Below are positions 1 to 13,522 of a stretch of DNA of 64,000 bases, in pieces. The notes below the pieces were generated by a model, which was given only the letters and a program-made list of their open reading frames with translations, had not been told where the DNA came from and did not search any database. The stretch lies in NCBI RefSeq assembly GCF_006345805.1, contig NC_042998.1, forward strand, positions 162,130,001 to 162,194,000. The letters are read 5' to 3'. The stretch is from Octopus sinensis. Taxonomy: Eukaryota. The translations under genes and the position numbers were made by a program. Positions within the stretch are counted from its first letter, which is position 1. Every line of letters starts with the position of its first letter.

Positions 1-607
1 GTCAGAGATCCAGACTGCCAAACAAAAGCAGAAAATTCAATAATGACATAAAAAGGTCGACAATTATACAGGAATGGACATTGCTGGAATTGATAATAAT
101 GTGTTCAAATGGATATCGGTAATGATGTTTAGGGACGATGATGGCGATAACATTAATTTATCGATCCCAGTGTTTTTAGTCAATGAGAACTAATTATGAC
201 AGAATTAAGCAAAGAAACAAAACACTTTGGCTTCATGGCAGTGCATGTGTATGTGTGTGTGTTTTTTGAATGTGTTTGTCTCTTTATCTTTCTCTAATGA
301 CTCAAAGAAAAACAAATATTAATGAGTTTTTATTTTGATTTTTTTGTTGTTGATAAATTACGCAAGTACACACACACATAAGCACACACACACATACACA
401 TGAATACACACTCATGTGAACTCACACACACACGCATCTTTACATGCAGAGGACAGACACATTAACTGATTTAATAAAGGGCCAAACTATTAAATCTTCT
501 ATGAAGAGTTCGTACACTACAAGAAGAACCATGATATGTTAGAGAACATCGTAATTAGCTCTAATCATGTAAGGTTATGTACATATTTTAGAAACTAGGA
601 GTATGTT

Positions 608-638
<31 letters not shown>

Positions 639-1329
639 ACTCACGCACATACACACATGCTTAACAAAAGATTTTGGTCACAACTCAAGATATAAGCTCT
701 GCCAAATCTCAGGTAACCAGAAAGTTCGCAAAGTGTGAAATTCATGCAGTGGCCAAAATTTCAGATGATGCATGTATGTATGTATGTATGTATGTATGTA
801 TGTATGTATGAATGTCTGTGTGTGTGTGTTTGTATGTATGTATGTATGTATGTATGTATGTGTATGTGGTGAATATACTTGATACCATTCATTTAATATT
901 TTCTTCATACTTTTAGAATTAGTATCATTTGTGTATGTATGCATATACATGGATGTGTGTGTGTGTGTGTGTGTATGTGTGTGTGTGTGTGTGTGTTGTG
1001 TGCGTGTATGTGTGTGTGTGTGTGTGCATTTCTATTAACACATATACACTGTGTGGTTCAGAAGTTTGCTTCCCAATCATGGCTCAGTTCAGCAGTGTGA
1101 CACTTTAGGCAAATGTCTACTACTACTGCCTTGGGCCAACTAAAACCTTGTGAGTGGATCTGGTAGACAGAAATTGATAAAGCTCATCATATATATCATC
1201 ATCATCATCATTATCACCAATTAATGTCTGTTTTCCATGTTGGCATGGGTTGAACATATATATTATTTATATGTGTGTGTCTGAGTATGTGTATGTATGG
1301 ATATATGTATGGCTATATGTACGTATATG

Positions 1330-1583
1330 TGTATGTGTATTTCCCTTTGGTTTGGCATTGTATGATAGTTGTAAAATGAGCATTGTGGTTGTACATGCAT
1401 GCAGTGTCATTCATTTCCAATACTCTACAAAATTATGTTTGACCATCAGGAAATATTACCTTGCTTGGAAACAAGGGAGGGTTAGTAACAGGAAGAGCAC
1501 CTGGCTGTAAAAAGTCTACCTCAATAAACTCTGTCTAATCCATGCTAGAATGCAAATGTGGATGTTAAAACGATGATGATGAG
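1330..1583 (+). mobile_element. SINE body/3' tail with RTE-like end and (GAT)n tail
   Basis: Ends ...ccatgctagaatgcaaatgtggatgttaaaacgatgatgatga, the same tail motif seen on many other copies in the window. Confidence 0.6.
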
Positions 1584-1780
1584 GATTATACATGAAAGTC
1601 AGTGTTTTTAATGTATATCAAAAGAACAGATAATATACACTAAAAAGAAATGGACTTAATACTAGATTAAAATCTAAATACTTCATAATGCTGAAATACA
1701 TAATATATTGTGAGTTAAAAGATTCACAGAAAAGGATTTGTGAAAGAGTATGGAGATCTGAAATTGAACAGAGATATTTT

Positions 1781-2009
1781 TATTTGTTTCAGTCAATTGA
1801 CTGCGGCCATGCTGGGGTACTGCCTTAAAGGGTTTAAGTCATACAAATCGACCCCCAGGACTTATTCTTTGTAAGTCTAGTACTTATTCTATTGGGCTCT
1901 TTTGCTGAACTGCTAAGTTATGAGGACGTAAACACACCAGCATCGGTTGTCAAATGATTGTGGTGGTGGTGGGGGACAAATACAGACACAAAGACACACT
2001 CATAAATAA

Positions 2010-2042
<33 letters not shown>

Positions 2043-2228
2043 GATGGATGAATAGATAGATAGACATGATGGGATTCTTTCAGTTTCCACCTACTAAGTC
2101 CACTCACAAGTCTTTGATCAGCCTGTGGCTCTAGTAGGAGACACTTGCCTAAAGTGCTACATTTGGGAGTGAACCTGGAACCATATGGTTGGGAAGCAAA
2201 CTTCTTACCACACAGCCAATCTTGCACC
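1781..2228 (-). mobile_element. Full-length tRNA-derived SINE, family A (internal TA/TG microsatellite)
   Basis: Reverse complement matches 7471-7885 end to end: head ggctgtgtggtaag...ggttcactccc, tail ccagcatggccgcagtcaattgactgaaacaa. Confidence 0.9.
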
Positions 2229-2367
2229 TATTCTTACCACAGGGCCATCCCTGTGCCTATGATGTGGAAGAAAAATTTGGTGACAACATAAATTCTGAAC
2301 CGAGAGAAAAATTCTACAAATTTGACAAAAAAAAAATGAAAAAAGACATAAGGGACGAGAAAAGGTT

Positions 2368-2520
2368 ATCATCATCATCATCATCATCATCGTTTAGCGT
2401 CCGCTTTCCATGCTAGCATGGGTTGGAAGGGTCAACTGGGGTCTGTGAAGCTGGAAGGCTTCGTCAGGCCCAGTCAGATCTGGCAGTGTTTCTACGGCTG
2501 GATGCCCTTCCTAACGCCAA
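2368..2520 (-). mobile_element. 5'-truncated SINE/LINE 3' end with (GAT)n tail (RTE-type tail)
   Basis: (cat)n-cgtttagcgtccgctttccatgctagcatgggttgg...ggatgcccttcctaacgccaac, near-identical to 4431-4590 and 25063-25210. Confidence 0.85.
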
Positions 2521-2624
2521 CTATATATATTGAAATAATCAATAAAGTAAATAGATTAAGCACAAAGTCTGTCATTGGATGAAGTCATAGCATTGCTTCA
2601 CTCAGACTTTCTCACAGTGTCTTC

Positions 2625-2708
2625 TTGGTAGAGATATTAGGGTGGTTTGCCATCCTAATATCTCTACCAACAGCCATCCAGTTGTGTTCCACAACTGGTT
2701 GGCTGTTG
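2625..2708. other. Two abutting stem-loops
   Basis: ttggtagagatattagg / cctaatatctctaccaa (17-bp perfect stem), then caacagcca-t-ccagttgtg-ttc-cacaactgg-t-tggctgttg. Confidence 0.85.
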
Positions 2709-3897
2709 ATCCACAAGGTGCTCATCTGCCTTTCAGCAGCTCTTGTTTTTAAGTCCTGCTGGGTATCCAGACAACCTCTTCTCAAGAGTAGCCAGTTACT
2801 CAATGAAGGGAGCCTGTTTAGTCACTAATCACTAGACAATGGAACAGGTAGAACTGGTTTACATGATACCAGCAGCGGGTCACATCAGCCTGTGATGAGA
2901 TCCTTGACCCTTTCAGTTAGTTGCCTTTTACAATATGGAAAGACATGGTGTGATTATTTTAAAATGCATGTTTCACATATTGTAAAAGTAAATGAAGTGA
3001 AACTAAAGGAACAAGATATTAGTTTGTCGTCTGACATTATGAGACCTTTCACTCTTTCATTACTCTCTATTGTCAGATTTTGATAATATTCCCACTCAAT
3101 CTTAACCTTATTTGATCTCAATTTCCTTATGAATGTCTTGTATTCACATTGGTACACTTTGATAAAAACCAAGCAGTGTTCTATTTTTAGATATAAACAG
3201 AAACCATTCTACAATATTAGAAATGATTTTATATATTTCACCGATTTTTCTCTTTTTTTCTAACACTTGTAAGAAGGACTAAATTGAATCATTAATTTGA
3301 GTTTTTCAGTGTTTTTCTACATGATTGGGCCCTCTGCCCACTACCCTGAGTAAGGTGTGAACACCTCTGTAAATATAAATTAATGAGGTCACTTAGTGGA
3401 GTGGATCACTGCCAACAGTGTTTGGTAATCTGATCAAGGGTTCTAGTTTAGCGCTGGAACTCAACTTATGATATCAGGTCAGCATTTAATTAGGATTTTG
3501 GCTAACTTAAGAAATTTTCAAGCTGCTTTGATCTAGGTTTTAAAATTTTGAATATCTATTTATTTGTTTATTTATTCATTTATTGTTGTATATAAGCTTT
3601 TTAAATGCTGTAGCAATTTATATAAGATAATAATCTTGTCAATTTCAGCCACAGGGCATGAGTGTTTATGTAAATAGATTCACAAACATATAAATATGCA
3701 TACATGCATTTTTCTACATCATACACTCATATTCATACATGCTTGTGTGGGTGTATAAATAGATAGATAGATAGATAAATAGATATACATATATACATAA
3801 ATATAAGTATGTGCATATATGTGTGTGTATATACATATATATGGTAAATGAGAGACGGAACATGGAAAATAGGAAAATTTATATATATATATATATA

Positions 3898-3963
<66 letters not shown>

Positions 3964-4280
3964 TCACCATCTTTTAATGCCTGTTTTCCATGCTGGTATG
4001 GGTTAGCTGATATATATATGTATAATATGGTATACGTGTGTGTGTCTGCATGCTTAGGCAGGGTTATATTAATCATATTTATTCCAAGAAAAGTGTCCTC
4101 ATTCCAATCTCTGGCTAAATCAATAATATATATTTCTTTCTTACAAATATTCTACACAAATGGTAAAAGTGGATAAAAATATTAATTTTCCTGTATTTCA
4201 CTTCATATCAGTTCCATTCTAACTAGTGTCACAGCTTGATATATTCAGATTTCTCATTAATTTTGTTTTTTTTATATATA

Positions 4281-4430
4281 GGTGCAGGAATGGTTGTATG
4301 GTAAGAAGTTTGCTTCCCAATCACATGGTTCCAGGTTCAGTCCTACTGCATGGCACTTTGGGCAACTGTCTTCTACTATAGCCTCTAGCCAAACAAAGTC
4401 TTTGGTTGACAGAATCTGAAAGAAACCCAT
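4281..4430 (+). mobile_element. Family A SINE 5' half (degenerate)
   Basis: ggtgcaggaatggttgtatggtaag...ggttcagtcc...ttgggcaactgtcttctactatagcc; similar to 7471 onward. Confidence 0.8.
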
Positions 4431-4661
4431 CATCATCATCATCATCATCATCGTTTAACGTCCGTTCTCCATGCTAGCATGGGTTGGACGGTTCGACCGG
4501 GGATCTGGGAAGCCAGAAGGCTGCACCAGGCTCCAGTCTTATCTGGCAATGTTTCTACAGCTGGATGCCCTTCCTAACGCCAACCACTCCATGAGTGTAG
4601 TGGGTACTTTTTACGTGCCACCTGCACAGGTGCCAGGCGAGGCTGGCAACGGCCACGGTCG
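4431..4661 (-). mobile_element. RTE-tailed SINE 3' portion
   Basis: (cat)n tail followed by the same sequence as 25063-25290. Confidence 0.85.
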
Positions 4662-5064
4662 TGTGTGTATATTTATGTGCATGTGAGTGTGTGTGTGTGT
4701 GTGTGTGTGTTGTTTGCTAACAGTTACTTTTAATACTTGTCTCACTGGATTGCTTGTTCGTTTCTCTCTGTTTTACCATCTATGATTGTATTTTTGATCT
4801 ACTATATAAATGAAGATATTTCCCCTGTCTGACTGATTTTCTTTCTACAAAATGGGAAGTCACATTGCGAAACTTATTTTAATGAGATGTATTTATGTAT
4901 CACCTGATGAGATATATCTGCACCCCAGATTGCTCCTGAACCAGTTGTTGAATGTCCCACCCATGAGGGATCGATGCTAGATGTGTCAAAACAATTGCTG
5001 TGATTAATAATAAATTCTTGTATATTCCATTTTCTGTCTTTCATTTGCTATATATACATATATA

Positions 5065-5103
<39 letters not shown>

Positions 5104-5367
5104 AATATGTGTGTATATATGTGTATATCTGTGTGTGTATATATGTGTGTGTGTATATATATATGTATGTATATGTATATATGTGTATGTGCGTATATAT
5201 GTGTATATATATATACGTAGGAAAATTGAACAAGGAGACAAATTCTAGGGATGTTGTTAAACCATATATATCTTGAATTCTTCTACATATGTTTTGACGG
5301 ATGAACTCCAAAATGTTCGACAAGATAAGTTATGGTCAGCAATGCATCAATCTCATATGTATATATG

Positions 5368-5404
<37 letters not shown>

Positions 5405-5473
5405 ATACATTTTGTGACGTCATGTACCCATATATGCATATCTATATACATATATATGTATATACATATATAT

Positions 5474-7109
5474 AGATAGATAGGCTTAAAAGATAGAATC
5501 ACCCTCAAGCAACTCAATCATCATTGAACGACATTATCCACGATAGGACTAAATATTAAAATTATCAAAATTAATACATTCAATTCTTACTCTAGATCAT
5601 ATACTTTACATTATATAGACTGCATACGTTTCATGACAAAATATTCCTCGATATTGCTGAATCAGAAGGTCTCAACCATATTAAAATGATTATATTTCCA
5701 ATCTTCAGGTCTAGATTATATGAACTTATTTTGCTATTTACATCCTAAATAAAGACACGACAAACTAAATTATATAACTAGAAGTTGTCAGAATAATTTT
5801 ACTTTTTGTAAATAATGAATAGAAATGTGGAATAAAAATAGGAAAAAGTAATGTTAGTAAAAAAAAAATGTTAACTTATCTGTATGGTAATTCTGTCTTC
5901 TGGGCATACACGAATTTATGGAAATATTAAGACCTAAAATAAGACTAAGCAACCACCAAGATGAACGAAAAATTAAATGTAAACATAAACTGAATTGCCT
6001 ATTTAATAAGATGAGATTAATTTTTGATTCTTTATAAAATAAATAAAACCCTAATATTAAATAAAAAAACTTAATAATAATACGTAGATATAATGTATAG
6101 CCATATCTTATTATTTAGGATAACTAGAATATATCTACTTATTTATATATAAATGTAAGATAACAGTTAATCAACTTCTAATTTCAGATAATTTAGTTTC
6201 TTAAAAATTTATAGTATATAATATTAGATGGCATTGTTCTAAATTTTTAATCTTAATTTAGAAACTCAATTTTAAGAATAATAGTATAATCAATATATAT
6301 TAATTGAATCATAATTATAAAAATGATGAAAAATTAGATTTTTACTAATTTTACTGACTTTTACTGATTTCAAAATATTTTTTAATATTTTAAAATTATA
6401 TGTTAAGTAATTTAGTTTACCTATTTACCGATCTAGAAATTTATTATTTATCAAAGTTAATATATAAATAAAATAAATTAAATACGTAAAAATTAGACTA
6501 TTCCCATCATACACTTCTGGCTTCTGATTTATTATTATTCACTTCCCTTACACGGTAAGTATAAATAATAGAAAATACATTTTAAGAACTTTTAAATGTT
6601 AATAAGAATGATCTTCCCTACTCAGTAGCTCTTAAAGTTGGATTATACGATTGCTTCATGTGGTAACCATGTTTAATTTGTGGAGAGAAAATTACCATAC
6701 AGATAAGTTGACATTTCTTTTTCCTATTTTTATTCCACATTTCTATTCATTATTTACTAAAGTAAAATTATTCCAACAACTTCTAGTTATATAATTTAGT
6801 TTGTTATGTCTTTATATAGGATGTAAGTAGCAAAATAAGTTCATATAAAATAGATCTGAAGATTGGCACTATAATCGTTTTAATATGGTATTGTATTTAG
6901 AGACATTCTATTTCAGCAATATCGAGGAATATGTTTTCATGAAATGTACGCAGTCTATATAAAGTAAAGTATATGATCTAGAATAAGAATTGAAGGTATT
7001 AATTTTGATAATTCTAATATTTAGTCCTATATGTACCTATCGTGGATAATGTCATTCAACAATGATTGAGTTGCTTGAGGATGATTCTGTCTCTCAAACC
7101 TATCTATCT
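5474..7109. mobile_element. Non-autonomous DNA element with about 420-bp terminal inverted repeats
   Basis: 5474-5892 is the reverse complement of 6690-7109 (e.g. aatcaccctcaagcaactcaatca vs tgattgagttgcttgaggatgatt). Termini are agatagatagg / cctatctatct, both flanked by (TA)n; the AT-rich core has no ORF. Confidence 0.85.
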
Positions 7110-7470
7110 ATATATATATGTATATAATACAATGAGTAATTCATTTTAGTACCACTAAATTGAACTTCTCTCCCCTGTGGACTCTTGCTTCTGCTTTTTT
7201 TTCATGGATGCGTGTAGGTATTTCATTTATTTCTTACCGTATTTTCTACTAAAGAGGGAAAAATCCATAGGATTGATCCCAAAATTGATTCAATATAGAA
7301 ATAAAGAACTTTTTTAAAAAATTCTGTTGGCTAGCTTTCCTAGATTTCAGCACAACGTGTATTTATAGTGAATGTATATTGTAATGTGGAAATTGACGAT
7401 TTAAAGTCTGTTCTCAGTATATTGGCATTGAAATAATTTTTCTATTGCTCTTGTTTATAAGTTATATATA

Positions 7471-7884
7471 GGCGCAGGAGTGGCTGTGTGGTAAGTAGCT
7501 TGCTAACCAACCTCATGGTTCCGGGTTCAGTCCCACTGCGTGGCATCTTGGGCAAGTGTCTTCTGCTATAGCCCCGGGCCGACCAATGCCTTGTGAGTGG
7601 ATTTGGTAGATGGAAACTGAAAGAAGCCTGTCGTATATATATATATATTATATATATGTGTGTGTGTGTTTGTGTGTCTGTGTTTGTCCCCCTAGCATTG
7701 CTTGACAACTGATGCTGGTGTGTTTATGTCCCCATCACTTAGCGGTTCGGCAAAAGAGACTGATAGAATAAGTACTGGGCTTACAAAGAATAAGTCCCGG
7801 GGTCGAGTTGCTCGACTAAAGGCGGTGCTCCAGCATGGCCGCAGTCAAATGACTGAAACAAGTAAAAGAGTAAAGAGTAAAGAG

Positions 7885-7885
<1 letters not shown>
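7471..7885 (+). mobile_element. Full-length tRNA-derived SINE, family A
   Basis: A-box-like tggctgtgtggtaag, B-box-like ggttcagtccc, central (TA)(TG) tract, 3' (taaagag)n tail; nearly identical to 62449-62860. Confidence 0.92.
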
Positions 7886-7927
<42 letters not shown>

Positions 7928-9780
7928 TCATATTAAATTGAAATGGAAAGTTTGTTTCACAATTTGATTTTTATGCTATATAGGTGAGAACTGTTACAAC
8001 ACAGTATTGGCACAGTATTTATATCCTTTAGTGTGTGAGGTCTAGTGTTTTCCCGTCAGGTAACTTTTCATATTTATTGATTAGGTGGTGTTTTTTCTTA
8101 CCTCTCCATTATGCTGCTTCCATAATGTGGTGTTTGTTTTTCTTGCAGTTGTAGATGGGATATTTTATCAATTTATGTCGGTTTTGTTGTTGAGTTGATG
8201 GTGAAACATTTTAGTTGTTTTTATTATCTTTTTTTAACCGGTGTGTGTGTATGTGTTTGTGTGTGCGTGAGGTTTTAAATATATGTTCTTTTTGAGAAAG
8301 GCTGTTTATGAACGGGTTATTTGAAAAAGTAATTAAGAACATATCTCTTAGCTACATCCCTAACGAATGGGGATTTTCATGGCTGAGTGATTTTGGGGAT
8401 TATTTTGTGAGTAAAAACATCTGTTCTTTTAAAAAAATTTACTTTGGAAAAGATGTCCATGCATGCATATGTGTGTGTTTGTATGAGTGCATATGTGTGC
8501 GCGTGAGTGTGCATGAAAATTTGTGTGTGTGAGTGAGTTTGATTTTGTTTTATGATAGGCATTGGTATATTATTGTCTAAATCTGAGATAAATGTTCTAT
8601 ATTTTACCAGTGTTCATAGAAATATGTATGTATTAGGGAAGTAGTGAGTTTCTTCATGAATATGTATGAGACCACACACACAATATAAATACACCACCAA
8701 TACTGATTTGTAACAGTTCTCACCTGATGATCACAGTAGCATGAAACTCATGTTGTAATTAACTCTCAGTTTCAGTTTCAAGATAAAAAAACATATCTTC
8801 TGCAACATGTACTGAGCACACCTATTTTATTTGCCCCTCATGAATCAACATAAATTCATATATATGACAGGCTTTATTCACTTTTTATCTTCCAAATCCA
8901 CTCATAACACTTTGATTGGCCTGAGGCCTTAGTACGAGGCACCTATCCATGGTGCTGTGCAATAGGTTGAAACTGAAACCAGATGACTAAGAAGATCACC
9001 AGAAATTTAAAGTAGAAACTTACGGAGGATTGAAAGCTTATTCTTGAAGCTTTGTTTCAATGTGGCAACTGCAGTTAATGGGTGATGTCCAGATTGGGAG
9101 CCTCCATGAAGTCACATGATCTATTAAGAATATCAACTGAATCAACCTGCAAACTCATACTTATGTCATTATAGAATTGTAAGGGCACATTGGATAATGA
9201 AATGGTCATTGTATGTGGCATCGGTCAGAGCAAAGGTTGAGTTAAATGACAACAGCAATAAACACTTCCTTCCTTCCTTCCTTCCTTCCTTTCCCAACCT
9301 TGGCTCAAGAAAATCAACCCAGAAACTACATTGCAACCGTTTTTGTCTGCAAATTAGGAATTCCTTTTTTTTTCTCTCTCAGTACAATGAGATTTTCAGA
9401 TGAATTCCCATCTTGTTTCTAATGACTCAACTGTAATGTATCGATGGATTTTGTACGAATCTGGTCAATTGAATCAAGGTAGGGTGTGCCTTTTCAGAGT
9501 CAAATTATACTGAATTCATGAATATACCGTTGTTGATGTTGGTGGTTGTGTTAAGGCCTAAATCAGTCTTATTCAAACCAGCCTATAATCAGAAGTGTCT
9601 AGAATGTAACTGTCCCAACATCGTTTTTCCAAGTAAACTAGAGATCAGTTTAAATTTCCAGGAGCTTATTCCACCTACATTATTATCAATTGGTTGAGCT
9701 TGCTCTGATTGTCAGTCATTCAAATTTTGCAGTAGCAAATGGTATCCATAGTTGCTATGTCTATAGACATTAACAGTCAC

Positions 9781-10020
9781 ATTGCTCCAGTTCACTCAGC
9801 TGTAGAAATGAGTTTGTGATGTCACTGGTGCCAAGCTCTATTGGCCTTTGCCTCTCCCTTGGATAATATTGGTGGTATGGAGAAGGGTGGCTGGTATGAA
9901 TGGGAGACTGCTGATCTTCCATAAAACAACCTTGCCTAGATTTGTGCGTCAGAGTGCAACTTTCTAGATTCAATCCCATGGTCATTCATAACTGAGTGGA
10001 GTCTTTACCCTTTTACCTGG
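9781..10020 (+). mobile_element. SINE family C, 5'-truncated
   Basis: Aligns to the body of 46180-46510 (ttgctccagttcactcagctgtagaaatgagt...cccatggtcattcat). Confidence 0.8.
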
Positions 10021-11405
10021 ACATTAACAGTAACTTATATTACAACCTTGGTGATCTTGGCCACTGACTTCATAGACGTTCTTCTGCTATGAATCATGTC
10101 TATCTATTGACCTGTGAATGAGTCCTTAGTCAAGACTGTACGTCCACTTCATCATCATCATCATCATCATTACAACAGGTCTTGAATTAACAGATGAAGA
10201 GGGTTACAACATGATGGACATGCTACAGAAGGTGCCACTCAAAACTATAACCAGGTCAGCAGAAGTCCATTGCAGTTTCATAACTGGATCCTGCATGTTT
10301 CGTTCTATATGTGCTGCAGAGAAAGGTCATGAAATCAAGTGTGTGGGTCACTTTCTGGCAAGATCAGGTCCATCTTAAATAAATCTATGCGACTGGCACT
10401 TTCTTCTACTCTGACAGCAACAATGACAACATCCACTTCTAGTGGTACTACATCTTGCTAAAAGGCAACCCTTGCTTGGTCCATATTCACCGTAAAGGCC
10501 TATTTCAAGAGGGCATTCCTCTACCATATGAGAATCCAATATGTAGGATTTCTCTCTCTCTCACTCCTTCTTCTATTGTACACATGAAAACAATACCAGA
10601 TACTTCAGATACAAGAAAGTTGTTACAGATTCATACTTACTTTCATGTAAAGAATGATGTGAGCAATGGGACGTTGTAGTGTTCATTCATTTTTGGGAGG
10701 CATTAGCAGTGTAAGGGTCTCAGCTGTTCTCTGAGCCAAAATAGAATTTGGTTCAGTGAGAATTAATCGCTATATACTTATTGGGATGATATTAGATTTG
10801 TTCCTATCAATAAATAATTCTGTGTTTATGTGTATTAACGTAAGAGTGTGTGCATATGTGGGAAGAAGCAAGAGAGAGAGAGTGGGAAACAGCGACAGAG
10901 AGACAGAGAAAGAGAGACTGTGTAGTCATATTGGAACTAAATTTTGGTCCAATTTCAGATAGCTCTTTAATAAAATAACATCACTGGAGTGTAGCAAATG
11001 CTTGTTACCATGAAATAAGTTATTTCTATGCTAAGTAAAGAATGTTGTGTTTATGAAGGCTAGCTTCAACATACTTATTATATGAGGAAACAATTTAATC
11101 AATCTTTTAGTGTGTTCTTTTTTTCTTAATTTATTTTTATTAAATTTCTTTTCAGAAAAGAAAAAAAAATAACAAGTATAAAATAAATAAAAATTTCTTC
11201 CTAAACTTAAATTGAGAATTTCTAAAAGATACATTATACACATACACACACAGATAGACATTCATATATATAACACATACATATATGTATTATATACGTA
11301 AGTATATGTGTGTGTATGTGTGTGTTTGTGTTTGTAAGTGTGAGTGTATGTTTGCATTTGTGCCTCTGTGGGCATCTGAGCCTGTTTATATATATATATG
11401 TGTGT

Positions 11406-11440
<35 letters not shown>

Positions 11441-11441
<1 letters not shown>

Positions 11442-11629
11442 CTGTATATCTATATATTAACACACACACACACATGTATATATGTGTTATAAAATTTCAT
11501 AACTTTTTGTAAATCATGTCTATTCTGCACACACACACACACATGAATATTTGAATGATTTATGCATGTGAATTTGTGTATTTTGTAACATGCATATATA
11601 TATATATATGAATATGAACATTACATATA

Positions 11630-11670
<41 letters not shown>

Positions 11671-11891
11671 GTGTGTGTGTGTGTGGTGTGTGTGTGTGTG
11701 TGTGTGTGCCTGTATATCTATATATTAACACACACACACACATGTATATATGTGTTATAAAATTTCATAACTTTTTGTAAATCATGTCTATTCTGCACAC
11801 ACACACACATGAATATTTGAATGATTTATGCATGTGAATTTGTGTATTTTGTAACATGCATATATATATATATATGAATATGAACATTACA

Positions 11892-11903
<12 letters not shown>
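11441..11903 (+). repeat. Tandem duplication, period 268 bp
   Basis: cctgtatatctatatattaacacac...gaacattacatatatg starts at 11441 and again at 11709; the copies differ essentially only in microsatellite lengths. Confidence 0.9.
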
Positions 11904-11967
<64 letters not shown>

Positions 11968-12165
11968 TGTGTGTATTTCAATACACACACACACACACAT
12001 ATATATATATTGTAATGTGGGTTAAAGCAGAAATATGAAAGTTCTCAGGAGAAACAAATAAAACAATGCTTCTACATGGAGATTATGCATATGTACTTTC
12101 ATACAGACTCACACACTATACAAACTTCACAAGTGGACCATAAAACCATATCCGTTCAAACTTAA

Positions 12166-12200
<35 letters not shown>

Positions 12201-12262
12201 AGTTTGTATGATATGCCGGAATATATGTGTGTGAGGGTGTGCATGCCTGTATGATTGTATAT

Positions 12263-12306
<44 letters not shown>

Positions 12307-12436
12307 TTATGCATGAATGTGTATATACATGTATTTGTATGTATGTGTATATCTGCTGGAAGATGAATAATTATATATATATATATGTAAATGTGTAAAT
12401 GTGTGTATATATATATATATATAGAGAGAGAGAGAC

Positions 12437-12477
<41 letters not shown>

Positions 12478-12656
12478 TGTAATTGCCTACATACATGAAT
12501 GTGTGAGAAAGAGCAAGTATTCTTCAGTCTCTGACTCAAATAATCTCACTTATTACCTGAATGTTAAACAAGATATAATAGCAACTTATTTCCTGCCCTC
12601 TGCTTATCCTTTAGCCTTCTCTCTTATTAGAATATGCAAGTGTACATACAGGCAAT

Positions 12657-12713
<57 letters not shown>

Positions 12714-13488
12714 ACTGGCATGTATAAATAAATAATACGTATGCAGGAACAACTATGTTAATATATGCATGCATGTATGTATATATGTATGTAAGTATGT
12801 ATGTACGTACATATATGCACACATACACACATAATTGTATACACCCACTCATGCACTCACATAAACGCACATATATAATATATAATGGACAGAGAAGAAA
12901 ATGGCAAGAGTAGAGAGAAGGAGAGTAGGGGGAAACAGACAGAAAGAAGTAGATCTATATAGATTTATATTCATTAAACCAGACCTGCTATTTTCAATGG
13001 ACAGTCAGTAGTATTTAGTTGTAGATCGGTGGAAAGAAAGCTATCTATCAAACTGCCCTACTCCAGAACCATTTGAGTCACTAAAAACAGGTAACGGTCG
13101 GTGCTTCTGTGACCAGAAACCATTACTTGTTTTTGGTGTGGATAAGAAGAAGGGGACTCTGTAAGAGTTGTCATTAGATGGAGCAGTGGACGTGAAGAAA
13201 TGACACTGCATTATGGCTGCCCCTTCATCTCCCACACCTCCAGAGACTTTGGTTTGACATGGGAATTGATGGCAACAACTTATGGAAATGTAACGCTCAC
13301 TAGATGGAAGACACCGATCACCAAACTCCGAATGACATTTGCCGTAACTATATTTCAATACCTACCAATGAAATATTTGGATGCTAGCCAATATCCTGAG
13401 CTCAGGAAGTTTTACGACTGATTTCAGATTGATGGGTGAAGGAGGAGAAATTGTTTCGATGAATCATACCAAGTTATGTCCTTAACCA

Positions 13489-13522
<34 letters not shown>

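Noticed and set aside
5480-7100. Very AT-rich stretch initially suggesting a mitochondrial insertion (NUMT)
   Set aside because: No mitochondrial gene, tRNA or rRNA motif is recognisable, and the long TIRs explain it as a transposon-like element.
9024-9146. Minus-strand segment with strong acceptor and donor (also 44484-44611 and 27427-27509)
   Set aside because: Stops occur in all three frames; it could only be a non-coding exon and this cannot be supported from sequence alone.
13041-13480. More GC-balanced unique region with short ORFs on both strands
   Set aside because: All frames are interrupted and no protein or transposon motif is recognised.
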